DNA of 63,872 bases, the filler included, from Blastocystis sp. subtype 4 (lineage: Eukaryota), in assembly GCF_000743755.1 (NCBI RefSeq). It is 8 parts of 8 records of this genome, joined end to end, with 100 filler letters (N's around TTAATTAATTAA, not from the genome) between each part and the next. Parts side by side here need not be neighbours in the genome. Positions count along the whole stretch, not along the records: positions 18,103 to 25,983 come from NW_014569124.1; positions 26,084 to 37,448 come from NW_014569123.1; 6 more parts are not named here. One strand, 5' to 3'. The first letter of the stretch is position 1; each line of letters begins with the position of its first letter. A model generated the notes under the pieces. It saw nothing but the letters and a program-made list of their open reading frames with translations, had not been told where the DNA came from and made no database searches. The position numbers and the translations under genes were made by a program. Shown here piece after piece: positions 23,721 to 37,548 of the stretch.

Positions 23721-24506
23721 AAACATGAAAGGAATAGTACAATCAAAGCAACAGAAACGAAATCATAGGACATCAGAAAACATATTCCATGCCAGAATAC
23801 CTTATACACCACTTGGAAGATAGAAGAAGGATGAATGAATCCCACGGGAATCAGTCAACATTTGCGGTTATCTTGATACAATCAATACCAAAATAAGAAT
23901 AAGTCATTTGAAGACTAGATTATTCATTAATGGTATTATTGCGAGAATATCCTTAGTAATGACAAAATGATATTAGAAAGTGATAACTGATAATTGTATT
24001 TGATTTAGTCAGTCCATTACTTACTTCAGAAGGTATTCAACTTGGTTTTTACTATATACAGTAGATTGAAAGAATTGATTAGTTCAAGTATGAACGGTTG
24101 ATTGCTTATGATGGAGATGCTGATCCTCTTTATCTATTCATTTGACGGAAAACTATATCTTAAGGAGAATTGTTGATAAACAAACTGATTGGTATCATAT
24201 ACTAGTAAATATCCTTTAATTGTGACACTAGAGGATGGCATTCAATAGAGGTTATTGGATATATGGGTTTGTTATTTGAATGGAAAGCATGAACTGATAC
24301 TGGATCGATTATGGAATATCAAGTGGGTTTTGAATGAGGATATGCATTAATAATGTATATGCCTGAATCTCCTCTTTGTTGTTATATCGAATAGTCGATA
24401 GGGGATAGAAGGATGTTTGCTGTGATTATAACAAAACTGATTTCAAGCCAATATCATGAATATGACTAGGTCTCTACTCCATAACAAACAGATGTCATCT
24501 CCATAA

Positions 24507-25983
24507 CTAAACAGCAACCTTCTTTGTGGATTTCTTTGAAGCTGATACTGTAGTCTTTACAGATTTCTTTCCTTTTACGCCACCTACTGGCCTCGACCTC
24601 TTTCCCATTCTCACCAGCATAAGTACGACAATGCCAATTACCACAATCACTGCAATCACAATCACCACAATTATCAACACTGAAGTGCAGAATCCAGAAG
24701 CCTTCTGCCATTCTCCATCAATATCTCCTAACACACAAGTACGCTTCTGAGTACCCACATAACTTCCCTGAGTGGAACACTCATATACAGCCGTTTCACC
24801 CACCAACGTCACAGGGAACACTCCCTCAGCCATACACCGTCCCTTTCGTACCTGAATTGATACCATAGCTTGTGTAGCTCCTGATTCATTCTCAGCATAC
24901 ACAGTGTAAGATGTTAAGTCCATTATATCAGTTGGAATGCCCGAGATCTCTCCAGTCTTCTCATTTAGACTCAATCCAGTGGGAAGAGCCACTCCCTGAT
25001 CAATATACCAACGTCCAACTATGTTTCTCACTGAGGGAATACCAGTGGTTACAGCTGTTCCCATCACAAACACATTACGAGATTGTGCGTAACGAGCATT
25101 GGCTGGAGACTTCATCACACAATGATCCATCTTGACTTCACCCAACACACCTCCAGAACACTCACGATATGAATAACCTCTGTAACCCTCAAGACAAGAA
25201 GAAGGAGAGATTTGACCTTCACCCACTGAAGGATAGTTGTCAATTGAAGGACATACAGCTCCTGATGCCTTACAATATGCTGTATGAATCGATCCCAGAG
25301 TTGTTGTAGTTGAACTAGCTACAGTAATCTCCCATCGATATCTACGGAATCCAGCCAGAGCCACAGGAACAGCAATCTGAGGCTTTGTTCTGTCACTTAC
25401 CGTCTGAGACATAGCACTCAAAATCGTCACTGACTGCTCCTGAGAATCAGGATTATGGTTGGCCATGATATCAAATCCCCACCCAGTAACAGTACTTGAG
25501 CCAATAATATTGAATGAGTTCCATTTGCTTCCAACAAGATTCTCAACAGTCCATTCAATATAGGTTCCAATCATATTAGGAAGGAATCCAGTGGTACTAG
25601 GATCAAGATCCATGATTCCAGCAAGAGTACCTGAACTGGGATCAGTAGAGGTGAGAGAAGAATAGGAATCAACAACAGTAGAACAATCTTCAACTCCAAA
25701 TACTCCAGTAGCATCAAACACAACAGGATCAGAAGAAGAACCACTCAAACGACGATGAATCTCGAAACTGAATACATTAATGCCTTCCTCAATTCCAGCT
25801 GTTAACAGAATCACATGGAACTTCGAGAAGGAAGTAGGATCATGATCAGTGATCGATAAACTCAAAGAATCGAAATCATCTTCAAGATTGAATCGAGCAA
25901 CCAGATTTCCATTCAGATAGGCAGCTACTCCTCCAGAATACTTCACTCGAACATTCAACACTTGGTAATCATTCACTCCACTC
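24507..25983 (-). CDS. C-terminal half of a paralog of the giant Ig-like surface protein, truncated by gap
   Basis: Colinear similarity with the C-terminal third of 12331-17292 (VLNVRV..G..AY.NG..VARFN, VFDATGVFGV, YP.VG.GQ.SP, DGEW.K..G.C, TM, GGVK). Confidence 0.9.
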
Positions 25984-26490
25984 NNNNNNNNNNNNNNNNN
26001 NNNNNNNNNNNNNNNNNNNNNNNNNNNTTAATTAATTAANNNNNNNNNNNNNNNNNNNNNNNNNNNNNNNNNNNNNNNNNNNNAATTCACGTTCTTTGAA
26101 TATCAAATAGTTTACACCCATCAATATTAATGCAAATCCCAAAGAACGAATTTGAAACATTAACCAGCTATCAACATCAACTAGCAACCAAATCTACGCA
26201 CGCTGGAATGTTCCATTCTTCTTTCTTCTCTTGTTTACACACTTCTTCAGTACACTTCTCCTCTGAATTCATCTTCTTGACTCATTTCTCTCTTTTGCAT
26301 ATGCGAAAATAGTGGTATTTATTCGAGATGGAAGAAATGAAAAGGGAAGCAACAAAGATTGGTTTTAATGGAGTACGAATCCAAGTTCAATCAATAACTA
26401 CTCTCTCATTAACAAACACTTACTATTAGTTTCTATTCTTTGTCAATACAACTTTCAATTCTCTTAATCTATTACCATTCTCATTCCATA

Positions 26491-27840
26491 CTATCGATTG
26501 TAATTCTTTCCTACAACTCCACTTACACCAACTTTCCTTCGTTTCTATACCCTTATTCCACTTTCATTATCTCACCTTTGTATCAGTACTTGAATACATC
26601 ATCTGACTATTAAGTGGAGGTTTATAATCATTCTGAGCAAAGTACTTCTATTCATCAACTTTACCACACTTCTATACACGAAGGAGAATCAGTCGCACGA
26701 TATCCTGTTTCAAACGATCCAAAGTATCACAAATACGACCAGTTGCCATACGAGGAACTTGTACATTCATCTCTGCAAGAATCTGAACCACTCGACGTTG
26801 GGTACTATCTGCAAAATAACCAGAAGCACTCTATTCCTCAGTATTCTCCATCATTCTCACATTATTGTCAAATCGAGCACTTCGTAACGTTACACCAGCA
26901 CTTCCTCGCACATACACTGGATCCTCTTTCAATACACGAGGAATTGCATCAAGATCATCATAAGGACCATATCCCTCTCTCTTATCCATATTACTCAACC
27001 CAGTCAACATGGTATCAATTGCCTCAATCCGACGCAACAAACCCTCTTCATTTCCATCATTAGTACTACTTAACACAAATCCACGTTCAACTGTCAATCG
27101 ACGATTCTTACACAACGAATTGTCAAAACTAACTCTTTACTCTATTCCATCTCTTACTTGTAATTCAGCAATTGTTCTTCTTCCCATGAGAGTTGACTTC
27201 CTTGTTCCTTTCGATAACGCAATATCAGCTTTGAAACTGTATAGAAACGTAACTGACATGCCTCCAAATTGTAATTAAACCGAGTACTCATCATATCCAC
27301 TATTACTGGCCAACGGAGATTATAACTACTCTCAAACTCACTTCCTACACCTACTTCCGACATAATGAAAACAAGTAATCAGTACACTTCTTATCCCATG
27401 AATCTACTTTACATTTTGCTCCCACATACTCATCCTCTAACCAATCACAACTCTAGCACAATATCACCTGTATATTCAATAACACATGTAGGATGCACAG
27501 ATACATCATTTGGAGGATCCATCGATCCCTCTCCCACCTTTTCCCAATGTTTCACATGTTCACTCTTCTTTCCTTTCGATATCTGTAATGGAACCAATTC
27601 CCATTTTGATGCTTTTCGTTTGGACATCGGAATCCCTAAAGTTCATAACTTTCCTTCAAACAAACCTTCACTTGTATATGATGGAACTAACGAACTTTTG
27701 ACATATCCTTTTACTAGTTCATTCAATATTCGAGGTCGTTTCTCATCTCCACTTTCCTTTTCAACACCACTCTTCCGTTTCCGATCAATTTCAATTCGAG
27801 GAACTTTATGAAACGCCAAAGAAGAAATCAGAGCATCCAT
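26491..27840 (-). CDS. DMAP1: DMAP1/SWC4 (NuA4/SWR1 SANT-domain subunit)
   Basis: Spliced exons give KWELVP..HWEK, SANT-like SWDKKCTDYLFSL..YNLRWPVIVD..LRFYTV, GVTLRSARF and ICDTLDRLKQDIVRL, in DMAP1 order. Confidence 0.75.
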
Positions 27841-27966
27841 ATCCTTCTTTGATTCTTTTCCAATGAATTCCAATAATCATAGGGATTTTCATCATTTGGA
27901 TCAATCAACAAAACGTAGATTAAAGGATTTCCAATGAAATCAAACAGATATCTAGAATATAATTCA

Positions 27967-27974
27967 AACAAACA
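27967..27974 (-). terminator. TGTTTGTT polyadenylation-positioning motif
   Basis: Starts 5 nt after minus-strand T at 27979, the first base of the codon following ...LYLLKQ. Confidence 0.75.
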
Positions 27975-27978
27975 AAAC

Positions 27979-29448
27979 ATTGCTTCAGTAGATACAGACC
28001 ATATACAACCATAAGTACTAAGAAAACCACATATAACAACTTTGCAAAACTCAATTCTCTTGCTAATTGTCACTCTTCTAATTCAGTCCTACACTCATCT
28101 TTCAATTCCATTACAGACACTGTATAATCAATTGATGATGATACAACCCAGTCTCTTTTGCATTTACCATCATTTGTAGTTTCTTCATCCTCTCCTAACC
28201 GTTCTTCTATGGTATCCAAGTTATAATGGCCAGGAAGATCTACTAACGAAGTCACAGGTAATGCATGTCTGCTTCGTAACTATTCATCAACTCACTATTC
28301 AATAATTACCTTCATACCATATTTCAACTCAGGCACCTTTAACACACATACTTCACCTTCATTACTCCCCAACATCAACAATGAATCATCTTCACTACAC
28401 TCATACATCCTAATCATTCTTACCACAATTCCATACAACACATACTGTATTTCATCTTCAGACTCTTCTCACCTCTCCACTCCACTTTCTTATCTTCAAC
28501 CTTCCTATTAGTCCCAATTCACTCTCTCACCTCTAGACTGTATATATCCACATGACAGCCATCTCCTCCTGAATACAATACAACCATCCGAGTTGCTGAC
28601 TGGAATACGATCTGTTGAACTGTATTTCGTTCATAAGGACACTGGATCCGCTGTACAATTCCATTCGTCTCAATATCAATCACTGCAACTTCTCCCTTTT
28701 CACTTCCCACAATACACTACAATCCAACACACTTTCAATCCTTACATAGTTCTCTGTTGGATTCAGTTGCATCGCACTTATTCCCACACCAAATACATTT
28801 ACACTAACTTCCAATCGCAGTTCACACTCTCGTTCCATTCCAGTCCTCTTCAATCCAAAGCACCAACGACGAAAGACTCCTTCCTCTCCTCCTGTCATTA
28901 CTGTCACGTCGTCACTCTTTACTACAACCACACTCTGAAGTCCACCACCTGTCTCTGTCTTTTCAAATAGTACACGCTCTAATCTATTCATTATGTCCTT
29001 CTTTTATATCTACTTCAACTTACTCCCTTCTTCTCCTCTTACAACACGGTAAATCACTAAGCCATCTCGCACACTTCCAAAAATAAAACGACCCTATTAT
29101 TCAAATCCATACAATACTCTTTCCTACATTCGAAGCACCTACAACTTCATGAACCAATTCTTCGCCCATATCCTCCATTATCAATGGTTTAAAATGGATG
29201 TAACCATCAGCAGATCGCTTAATACCACCAATTGTCTGTAAATCAACTTAACTCAACAAAACTACAATATAATTTGCTATTCCACTCTTTGCACTCCCTC
29301 CACCTCCACTTAGTAACAATTGAGGACAAATTCCTATTCTTTCAAGATTCCTCTCACTCCTACGTGTTTTCCGATCCAGAAACGATGGACAGTGATATTT
29401 TCGCATACAGTACACAGGTCCAGGAAGTGCAATTTGATCTGTACTCAT
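27979..29448 (-). CDS. SEC12: Sec12/PREB (Sar1 GEF, WD40 propeller with C-terminal TM)
   Basis: K-loop signature GGGGSAKSGIAN near the N-terminus; WD elements TGGEEGVFRRW, LGSNEGEV, HALPVTSL, SSSIDYTV; terminal TM LLYVVFLVLMVVYGLYLL. Confidence 0.82.
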
Positions 29449-29552
29449 TCCTTAACGATTATGCTGTTCTCCCAACACGATTTCTCACCTCTTTCTATTC
29501 AGTTTCGTTCTCTTCTTTCAGGATATCAACAAACAAACTCAACTATACTACA

Positions 29553-32500
29553 TTAGAAAAACCAGCTCAATCCTCTCGATCCAAACTTTGTCTCCATCAC
29601 CTTCGACTCTTCAGGACTATATCACATCCAAGAATCATATATACCTCATTTCAAGAAGCTCTTCTACTACAGGAACCAACTTAGTCTGTTCAGATCGTGT
29701 ACAATCACAGAGGAACTTCACTAAAGTGTGACGAAGATACTGCATGTTCTCCTTTCCTGTCATTGATTTCATTTGTTTCATATCACCCTCCAGTTCACTG
29801 ATATACTTATTCTTCAGTTTCAACTCCACATCTAGACTCTCCACACGACTATATTCGATTCCTTCCATTCCCTCTTACTCGCTATTCTCCTTGCTCACTC
29901 GACGTAATTCCTCCACTTCTTTCCGTAGTTCATCAATTATCTTGTGAGGAAGCTTGTACATCCCTCTACAATCAATTCTTTCCTGATTCCCTACAGACTC
30001 GTTTCATCTACATCTCGAGTCACATCCATCAGAATTCGATCACTCTCACTTTCTGCCTCTATTGCTCATCTATCATATTCATCTCTACGAGACAAACGAT
30101 TATCCTTATTCAATTCGGTCGACAGACGTACATCTGCAGGCATTTGAAGTGAAATGGGAATCTCATTCACAATCTGAATGGGGACAGCTGACTCAGTTTC
30201 AGTTTTCATGGATTGGACTCCAGATAATTGTCCTGATACTTCAGGATCCCCATCTGGTTGGGCAGTTGTCTCAATCTTGTTATCATCAGAATACACAGAA
30301 ACAGATCTGTGTTCCAACATCTTCACTGCCTTTTCTAATCGTTCCAATGCAGTATCCTTTAATTCAAGTTCTTCTTTCAAAGCCTTTTCCCTCCGCTTCC
30401 TCTCCTCCAGTTCTGATTCTATCCTGATTCGACACTTCTCCTCTTCTTCCAGAGTATCCCTTCGACTCAACAACTCCTTCTTCATTTCTGTTAACAAATT
30501 CTCCTTTTCTTGAAGTATCCTCCGCATCTCTTCCAACTCATTCTCTGTCTCACTTGCTCGTTTCTTCTCATTTTCCTCACTCACCCGTGATACTTCCTCT
30601 GCTGTGCTAACTCGCTTCTCCATCACGTCTAACGACTCTCGTAATGTTTTGACCTCATTCATTGCCTCTAAACACCGATCCTGAAGCAAAATCGTTGCTG
30701 TCTTTGTTCGTTTCTTATATCCTTCATATTCCTCTCTTATTCGCTCCAATTCTTCATTCATTCCCTCCTGATGTGATGAATTCTCCATACGACACACTTC
30801 CAGAGCATGTGTTAACTCTTCAGGCAGATCTATCTCTGGTAAGACACTCTTCAGAGCATTTGATAATACCCACTTGTTCCAACTCTCATTCTCTGATCTA
30901 ACATCGATCAACACCCATTCTTCCACATTCACTCCTTCATTAATAAGGCGACATCGAGCATTCACAGATACATCACGTGGGATCACAGCTGGATTGAAAT
31001 GGATTTCGTCATATTCTCGCTCCTTCTCCAGATCCTCCATCTTCTTCTGCAACTGAGACAGCAATGCTCCTGTTCGAATCTCACCTTGTTTTCTACAGTC
31101 AATACATCCTTCCAGTCCCACTTAATCGCCAATTCATCAGTAATAGATTCTTTCAGTTTGGTTATATGACTCTAGAATCATCCTTCTCAATTACTCTTAC
31201 CAATTGATCTTCCTTCTCTTTCATCTTCTCTTCCAATTCCTTCTATAGATCACTCTCTCTCATCAACCTCACAATTGAAGTCTTCTGTGTACTGATCACT
31301 CCTCCTAACTCACTAATCACTTGTTCTTTCTCTCGAAGACGACGCTCACACTCAATTCTGATATCTGATTGTTCACTTTGTTCATTCTTCAATGCAATAA
31401 TCACTCCATTTAGTTGACTGACTTGATTCTGTAACTGTATCCTTTCACTTTCCATTGTACTCACTCGTTCACTCAGCATACTCTATTCATTACACTTCTT
31501 ACCAACCTTCACATTCTCCTTCAGGACCACTGTTGACTTGTTAATCAAACCTTTCAATCGTATTTCCTGCTGTTGGCTATGTATCAATTGTTCTTTCTTC
31601 TCCTACCTTGTCTTTAACTCTGACTCTAATTCTTGCTATGGTTCATCCTTTTCATTCACATATACATTTCGTTTCTTCACTTTCTCATATTCTTCCTCTT
31701 GTTGTCTCTATCATTCATTCTCTTTTCCTCATCTACTTGACTCTGGGCCATTCCTTCCTTCTCCTCCATCACCATCTACATTACAGTTCCTCTCAACTCT
31801 CTACACTCAGTTTGTTTTCCTTCTCCTGAATTGCTGCTAACAGTTGTTTACTTCGATCCTGGAGAGACTGGACAGAGATCATGAGTTCTTTCTAGGAATG
31901 GAAGAAAGAAAATAAGAAGACAGTGTGTTGTTGAGACTGTGTCAGTTCGGATTGAAGGTTACGAAGTTGTGATGATGATGATTGTAATCCTGATTCCAAT
32001 TCAGTAACTCGAGATGAAGATGATTTCAGTTCTGATTCCAATTCAATCACACGAGAAGAGGATGATTTCAATTCTGATTCCAATTCAGTCACACGAGAAG
32101 AGGATGATTTCAATTGACTCAATTCTGATTCCAATTCAATCACACGAGAAGAAGATGATTTCAATTCTGATTCCAATTCAATCACACGAGATGAAGATGA
32201 TTTCAATTGACTCAATTCTGATTCCAATTCAATCACACGAGAAGAAGATGATTTCAATTCTGATTCCAATTCAATCACACGAGAAGAAGATGATTTCAAT
32301 TCTGATTCCAATTCAATCACACGAGATGAAGATGATTTCAATTCTGATTCCAATTCAATCACACGAGATGAGGATGATTTCAATTCTGATTCCAGTTCAG
32401 TCACACGAGAAGAAGATGATTTCAATTCTGATTCCAATTCAGTAACTCGAGAAGAAGATGATTTCAATTCTGATTCTAATTCAGTCATTCGAGATGAAGA

Positions 32501-33275
32501 TGATTTCAATTCTAATTCCAATTCAGTAACTCGAGAAGAAGACAATTTCAACTCCCCCTCCAATACACACACTCTTTCTCCTGCTTCCTTCAACTTCCCT
32601 TCAAGCTCCACAATACGAGACTTAGAGACATTGGATTCATCTGTTTCAGCCCTCTTTGCAGCCTCATCCTTCTATACATCACTCCTCAATCTCATTCTCA
32701 CATTCCGTTTCATCACAATCTTGGCTTTGGCCAACAACACCTTCAAGTCCTGAATCTGTTTCTCACTAACAATCATCTCATACTTCAAATCTTACTCTTC
32801 TTCATGTCTCTTCTTCCACTCTTTCTCACGAACAGTACACTCTTCCTCTAAAACAGCATATGCCTTTCTCTTTTCTTCCTAAAGTCAATACACTCCCTAA
32901 AATCAACCATTTCATTTGTATACTCCAATGACACTTCTTCCAATCGTTTCTAACCATCAGCTAAAACAGACGACTACTACAGATAATACACTCTTTTCAT
33001 TCTTCAATGTTGCTTCATTATCTTCATATCCTTTCTATGTCTCAACTCATAACAAGCAGCAAAAACCACAGTCTCTTCCAATACTCGTATTCTTTCCTTT
33101 GATTTCGAATCTTCTTCTGTCATCTTTTGCTATCCTATCACTATCAAATCAAAAACAGTACAAGTCGCTGATTCATCAATGCAGCCACTTTCAAAAGCTT
33201 CTCATAATTTGTTCTCTACAAATCATATACTTTAGAAAATGTAACGAGTTCTACTGAAACCTCTGCCTGATTCAT
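29553..33275 (-). CDS. GRIP-domain golgin (long coiled coil)
   Basis: Many E/K/L heptad exons; C-terminal GRIP-like MQYLRHTLVKFL...LVPVVEELLEMSPEE..SWFF*. Start approximate. Confidence 0.78.
31975..32560 (-). repeat. coding tandem repeat, 42-nt unit (ELESELKSSSSRV[I/T]), about 13-14 copies, two with a 9-nt SQL insert
   Basis: Directly visible in the DNA and in ORF 31892-32611. Confidence 0.95.
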
Positions 33276-33570
33276 TAATACTATTTCAATCGCGTTGGAA
33301 ACGGTAACAATTCAACAGGCGAGCAGTAGTTGTACAATGCACTTTAGTTCTATATCCTCTTCATCCCATTTTCGGAATTCCAAAAATATTTCCCTTCTCA
33401 AGTCCAAAAATCAATTTGATTCTTGTCATTCAAACCCCGTTCATTTCAAAAACACCTTCTCTTCATCGAATCTCGTTGTTGTTGATTGGTAATTCCCAAT
33501 TTCCTCCATTGGAAACCTACAACCATTTCTAGTATCTTGAAAAGACTTAGTAAACCAACCTCACTTGACG

Positions 33571-36363
33571 ATGAGTACAGATCAGGAGGATGGTGAGATT
33601 GTCATGAAGTTTGATATCAACTCTGTCAAACTCAAACAATCAGCTTCTTCACCCAAGGCTACTACAACAAATCCAATTCCTTCCAAACGAGAAGGAACAG
33701 GAGATTCTAAAGGGGAAATGGATGTTATGAAGGAAATCCTCACCATTGCTGACTCAGGACTTGTATTGATTCTTCATTCCTCTCATTTGTAGAATCCAAG
33801 ACCTGTTCTTCCTATTGTTCCTAGTACTCTTTCCAACAATTACAACTGGAAAATGTGGAACGAATGGTACTCAGGTAAGATACAATCTATTTTATCAACG
33901 GCAGCACTCTCAATACCTGAAAGGGAACCACTTCGGAATCGACGCATCAATCGTCTTTTCTCCCTTCTTATCACACGGTCTCCACAACAACCACTCGTTT
34001 TCGCCTGTCTCATGCCCTCCAATGGTCCTGTTCTCCTTCATCAAACACTTCAGCTCACACCAAATGAAATGGCTCTTCTAACACACATTCCTATTCTTCA
34101 AGGTATTACTCTGGAGACTCTTCCTACAGCAACATTGGCTCAGTTTGCTCAACAGTGCAAGGAGATTCTTAGTCCACCTCAGGGAAGCAACATCATCACA
34201 GTCCTTCTCTGTTTTTCAGTTCATCGCAGTCTCCTTGAGGCTTTAGAATTCCACTTGATTCCACAATTAGTTATTCGGGATGTAGGACGAACTCCAATTC
34301 ATCGTCCCTCCCTTCACATTCCTCAGAGTCTCCACTCCCTCTTCGTTTCTCCAAGTACTCCAATCACTCTTCGAGATCCCTTTGCTCTTCTGACACGTTA
34401 TCTCAATCCACTCCACTTGACATGTAAATGGATCAATATCCCTATTCCATCTCAACCCTCACTTCATTGGGTTCGATATGAAATCTTACAGGGATCACGA
34501 CTCTGTCTCATTGGCTATGTACAATTTCATTTCTCACTCCAATCTAGTGTATTGTCAGAAACTCTGAAAACAATCAAAGAGAAGCTTTTGCTGTATTGCG
34601 TCATTTGTGGGGTCAAGCACCTCCATTGCTCTATCGAGGACCTCCTTCTCGTCAGGAACTCGAGTATCTTGATCACTTTTTGCGATGTATCTCTTCTTCT
34701 CATCTCTCATTTAGGTGTGTGTGGTACTGCCTCCTTCTCCCTTCCTCAGACAACGGCTCTCCTTCCGCTCTTGTTCCGATCAATCGAAAAGGAAGTCGAC
34801 TATGCCTTACAGAACTTCGCATCACAAGAAGCAGTAATCAATGCTTCAGTAGCACCTACTGTCGGGATTTCCAGTTCATCTGTCACTCCAACAATCACAT
34901 CTCTTCCTGCAATCAAGGAACCGTTCATAGAATCCAGCAATGAACCATCTCTTTCGTCTCAAAAACGTACTCAGCCAGCAATGATATCTCTTCCTGATCT
35001 CTCTCTCGATGGAGATGCTCAACTCATTCTCATCATTGATCTAGATCTCACTCTTGTTCATGCAATTCATGACGATGATGCAATCTCTATCTTTAATCAG
35101 TGGATGAGTTCAGTGAAGGATGATAGTTGGATAAGAGAGATTCAAGCCCAACTCAACTCCTTAGAACTGTTCTATATCGATGATAATGGTAGTAGTCGCT
35201 TCAGTAATCTGTTGATAAAAACACGACCTGGAATCATAACATTGCTTCATGAACTGGCCGCACGCTATGAGTTGATAATCTATACTCAGGGAGAAGTCCA
35301 ATATGCTGAACAGGTAATGAAGTTGTTGGATCCAGATGATAGTCTTTTCAAAGGACGCTTCATTGCTCGAGGAGAGGCACAGGAAGAACCTCAGAAGAAA
35401 CTCCTCTCTAAGATTCTGGATTGCTGGAACACATATGTGAAAGAGCATACTGGATACGATCCTTCCAATCCCAGTAGTGAGTTGTCTCGATGTGTTTTGA
35501 CACAATCGGAGCTTGAACAACGTCTTCTAATACTTGATGACAAGGATGATGTGTGGGAACTAACAGGATCAGAGGAAAAGTCGAATCCCATCGATCATCT
35601 GGTGAAATGTCTGCCCTATTTCTTCTTTGATAACAAGGGTCGTTATGATCTTCAACGACTCCAGATGTGTGAGCGACTGGAAAGTGATTACGTTCGTCGA
35701 TTGACTGGTATCTTTGCTGAAGTCCATACACGATGGCAACGACAGGGAGGACGAGTGATGGAAGCCTTGCGTTCCACACGACGGAGTGTTCTCCGTGGAC
35801 TTCGAATTGCCTTCTCTAGTATCATCGAACAGTCTGAAGGAGTGGAAAACAATCTGCTATATCAACTCTTGGTAGAATATGGAGGTGCCTATGTGACGGA
35901 TCTCACCAACTGCGATCTCCTGGTATGTCGACAACTGCGTACTGCCAAAGTCAATCAAGCTCAGTTAAATCATGTTCCTGTTGTATCTATACGTTGGTTG
36001 GAGGAATGTGTCAAGTACTGGCGACTAGCTCCATTGGAACCTTTCTATCTGGACTTCAAGCAGGATCTACAACAAACTGCCTTGTTAGGAAAAGAAGCTG
36101 TAGATAGCTATCATATCCAGGCGAAGAATGTGGCTGATACTCATCTCTTTACAGTTACAGAACCACCTCCTGCCTATCAGGCGTTGCGTCAGAATGAACC
36201 TAAGGATTCTCAACTGATTGACTATGACCAACTCATTCTGAACGAACTACAGCAAGCTTCACCTCCAAGCAAACAGCTTCGATTGTCCCCTGAACTATTG
36301 GGATCTTCAGAAGCACAGTTCTCACCACCTGTGATTCCTCCAAGTCAAAAATCGATTGTGTAA
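33571..36363 (+). CDS. FCP1/CPL-like RNA polymerase II CTD phosphatase (HAD + BRCT)
   Basis: EDGEI near the start, intron 33763-33792. LIIDLDLTLVHA (DxDxT), KTRPG..YELIIYT, LILDDKDDVW; BRCT VLRGLRIAFS...VVSIRWLEEC. Confidence 0.88.
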
Positions 36364-36490
36364 GGTGACAATAGTCCTATAGCACTCTTATTGTTGTGTT
36401 CACTCAGACATATCTTTATTGTATATTGACCTTTTCAATTCACTTTGTTAGTTTCACAAACAACTCAATTATTATTGTACATACAGAGAG

Positions 36491-37448
36491 ATGGAAGAGG
36501 GTATTCTTGAACAGATTATTCAACGATACTACAACAATTCCCTGTTCGAACAAGCCCTTCATTTTAGTAACGAACTTGTGAGAAATGAACATCAATATCA
36601 GTTGTAGATTACAAAATCAAAACAAACTCATCATCTGAAACAACATCTTCAACTCCTCTTCCACTGTCAGCGTTTCCATCAATTGATTTTGTTTTATCAA
36701 AAGTACTTTACTAGATTGGATGATTTTCCATAGAAATGGATTTAAAGCGAGTGAAATGGACAATCTCAAAGAAACTGTGTACTATATTAAATCCAATGTT
36801 AGTACAGTAATAGACTAATCATTCTAGATTCAAGTGGGTGAAAAAGGACTTGTCCATTCTCTCCTCCAATCTCTTTTAGATACATTATCCTTTGAAAATC
36901 TCTCAAGAGATCAATGTGTTCTTATTTCGGAACTCTATTACTTGTATGGTCAAGACCTAGAAACAGAGAGTGAAGAAAAAGCAATAAAAGCGTACTACAA
37001 TCCTGTTGTATTCATACTAGATATGAATCCAGTGTAAAGTGGGATGTGTATCATCTCTTCTCCCAACAGAGACTTGCGGAGTTAAAACCGTATTCTGAAG
37101 CAAAGACATCACTTGATAAGAATTGTTCGTTGTTCTTGCAACAGCAACCACAAGAAGGATCCATTCTTAAGAGTATCAAGAAGACAATTNTCCATCCATC
37201 TTATCTGAACAACGATTACAAACAATCATTAAGGAATCACCTAGGAATGAACCAATTCAGTTGAATTCTAGTCGTTGGTATCTCCATCGAGGTGATCTCA
37301 TTCATTGTGAGCAGATCCTTCAGGCGTGTGTTTCAGTTTGTAGAGTGAGGTTGTAGACAGTTCGCCCAAGGGATCTATTCTCCATCAATCCTTATGGCAT
37401 ATGGAGAGATCTTGGCATTACGTCATCAGTCAGACTCACTCTTCTTGT
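36491..37448 (+). CDS. uncharacterised helical (possibly TPR-like) multi-exon gene, truncated by gap
   Basis: Short coding exons separated by ~30-nt introns (ELYYLYGQDLETESEEKAIKAY); structure not resolved. Confidence 0.3.
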
Positions 37449-37548
37449 NNNNNNNNNNNNNNNNNNNNNNNNNNNNNNNNNNNNNNNNNNNNTTAATTAA
37501 TTAANNNNNNNNNNNNNNNNNNNNNNNNNNNNNNNNNNNNNNNNNNNN

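Noticed and set aside
17300..24460. Terminal inverted repeats or further viral/transposon genes around the penton-like relic
   Set aside because: None could be recognised by eye; no complete mobile element is claimed.
31975..32560. Regular repeat array as a possible CRISPR, and its antisense ORF 32014-32445 (MISILIPIQSHEKK)n
   Set aside because: No unique spacers and no cas genes; the repeat encodes a coiled coil on the minus strand, and the plus ORF is a by-product of a stop-free repeat unit.
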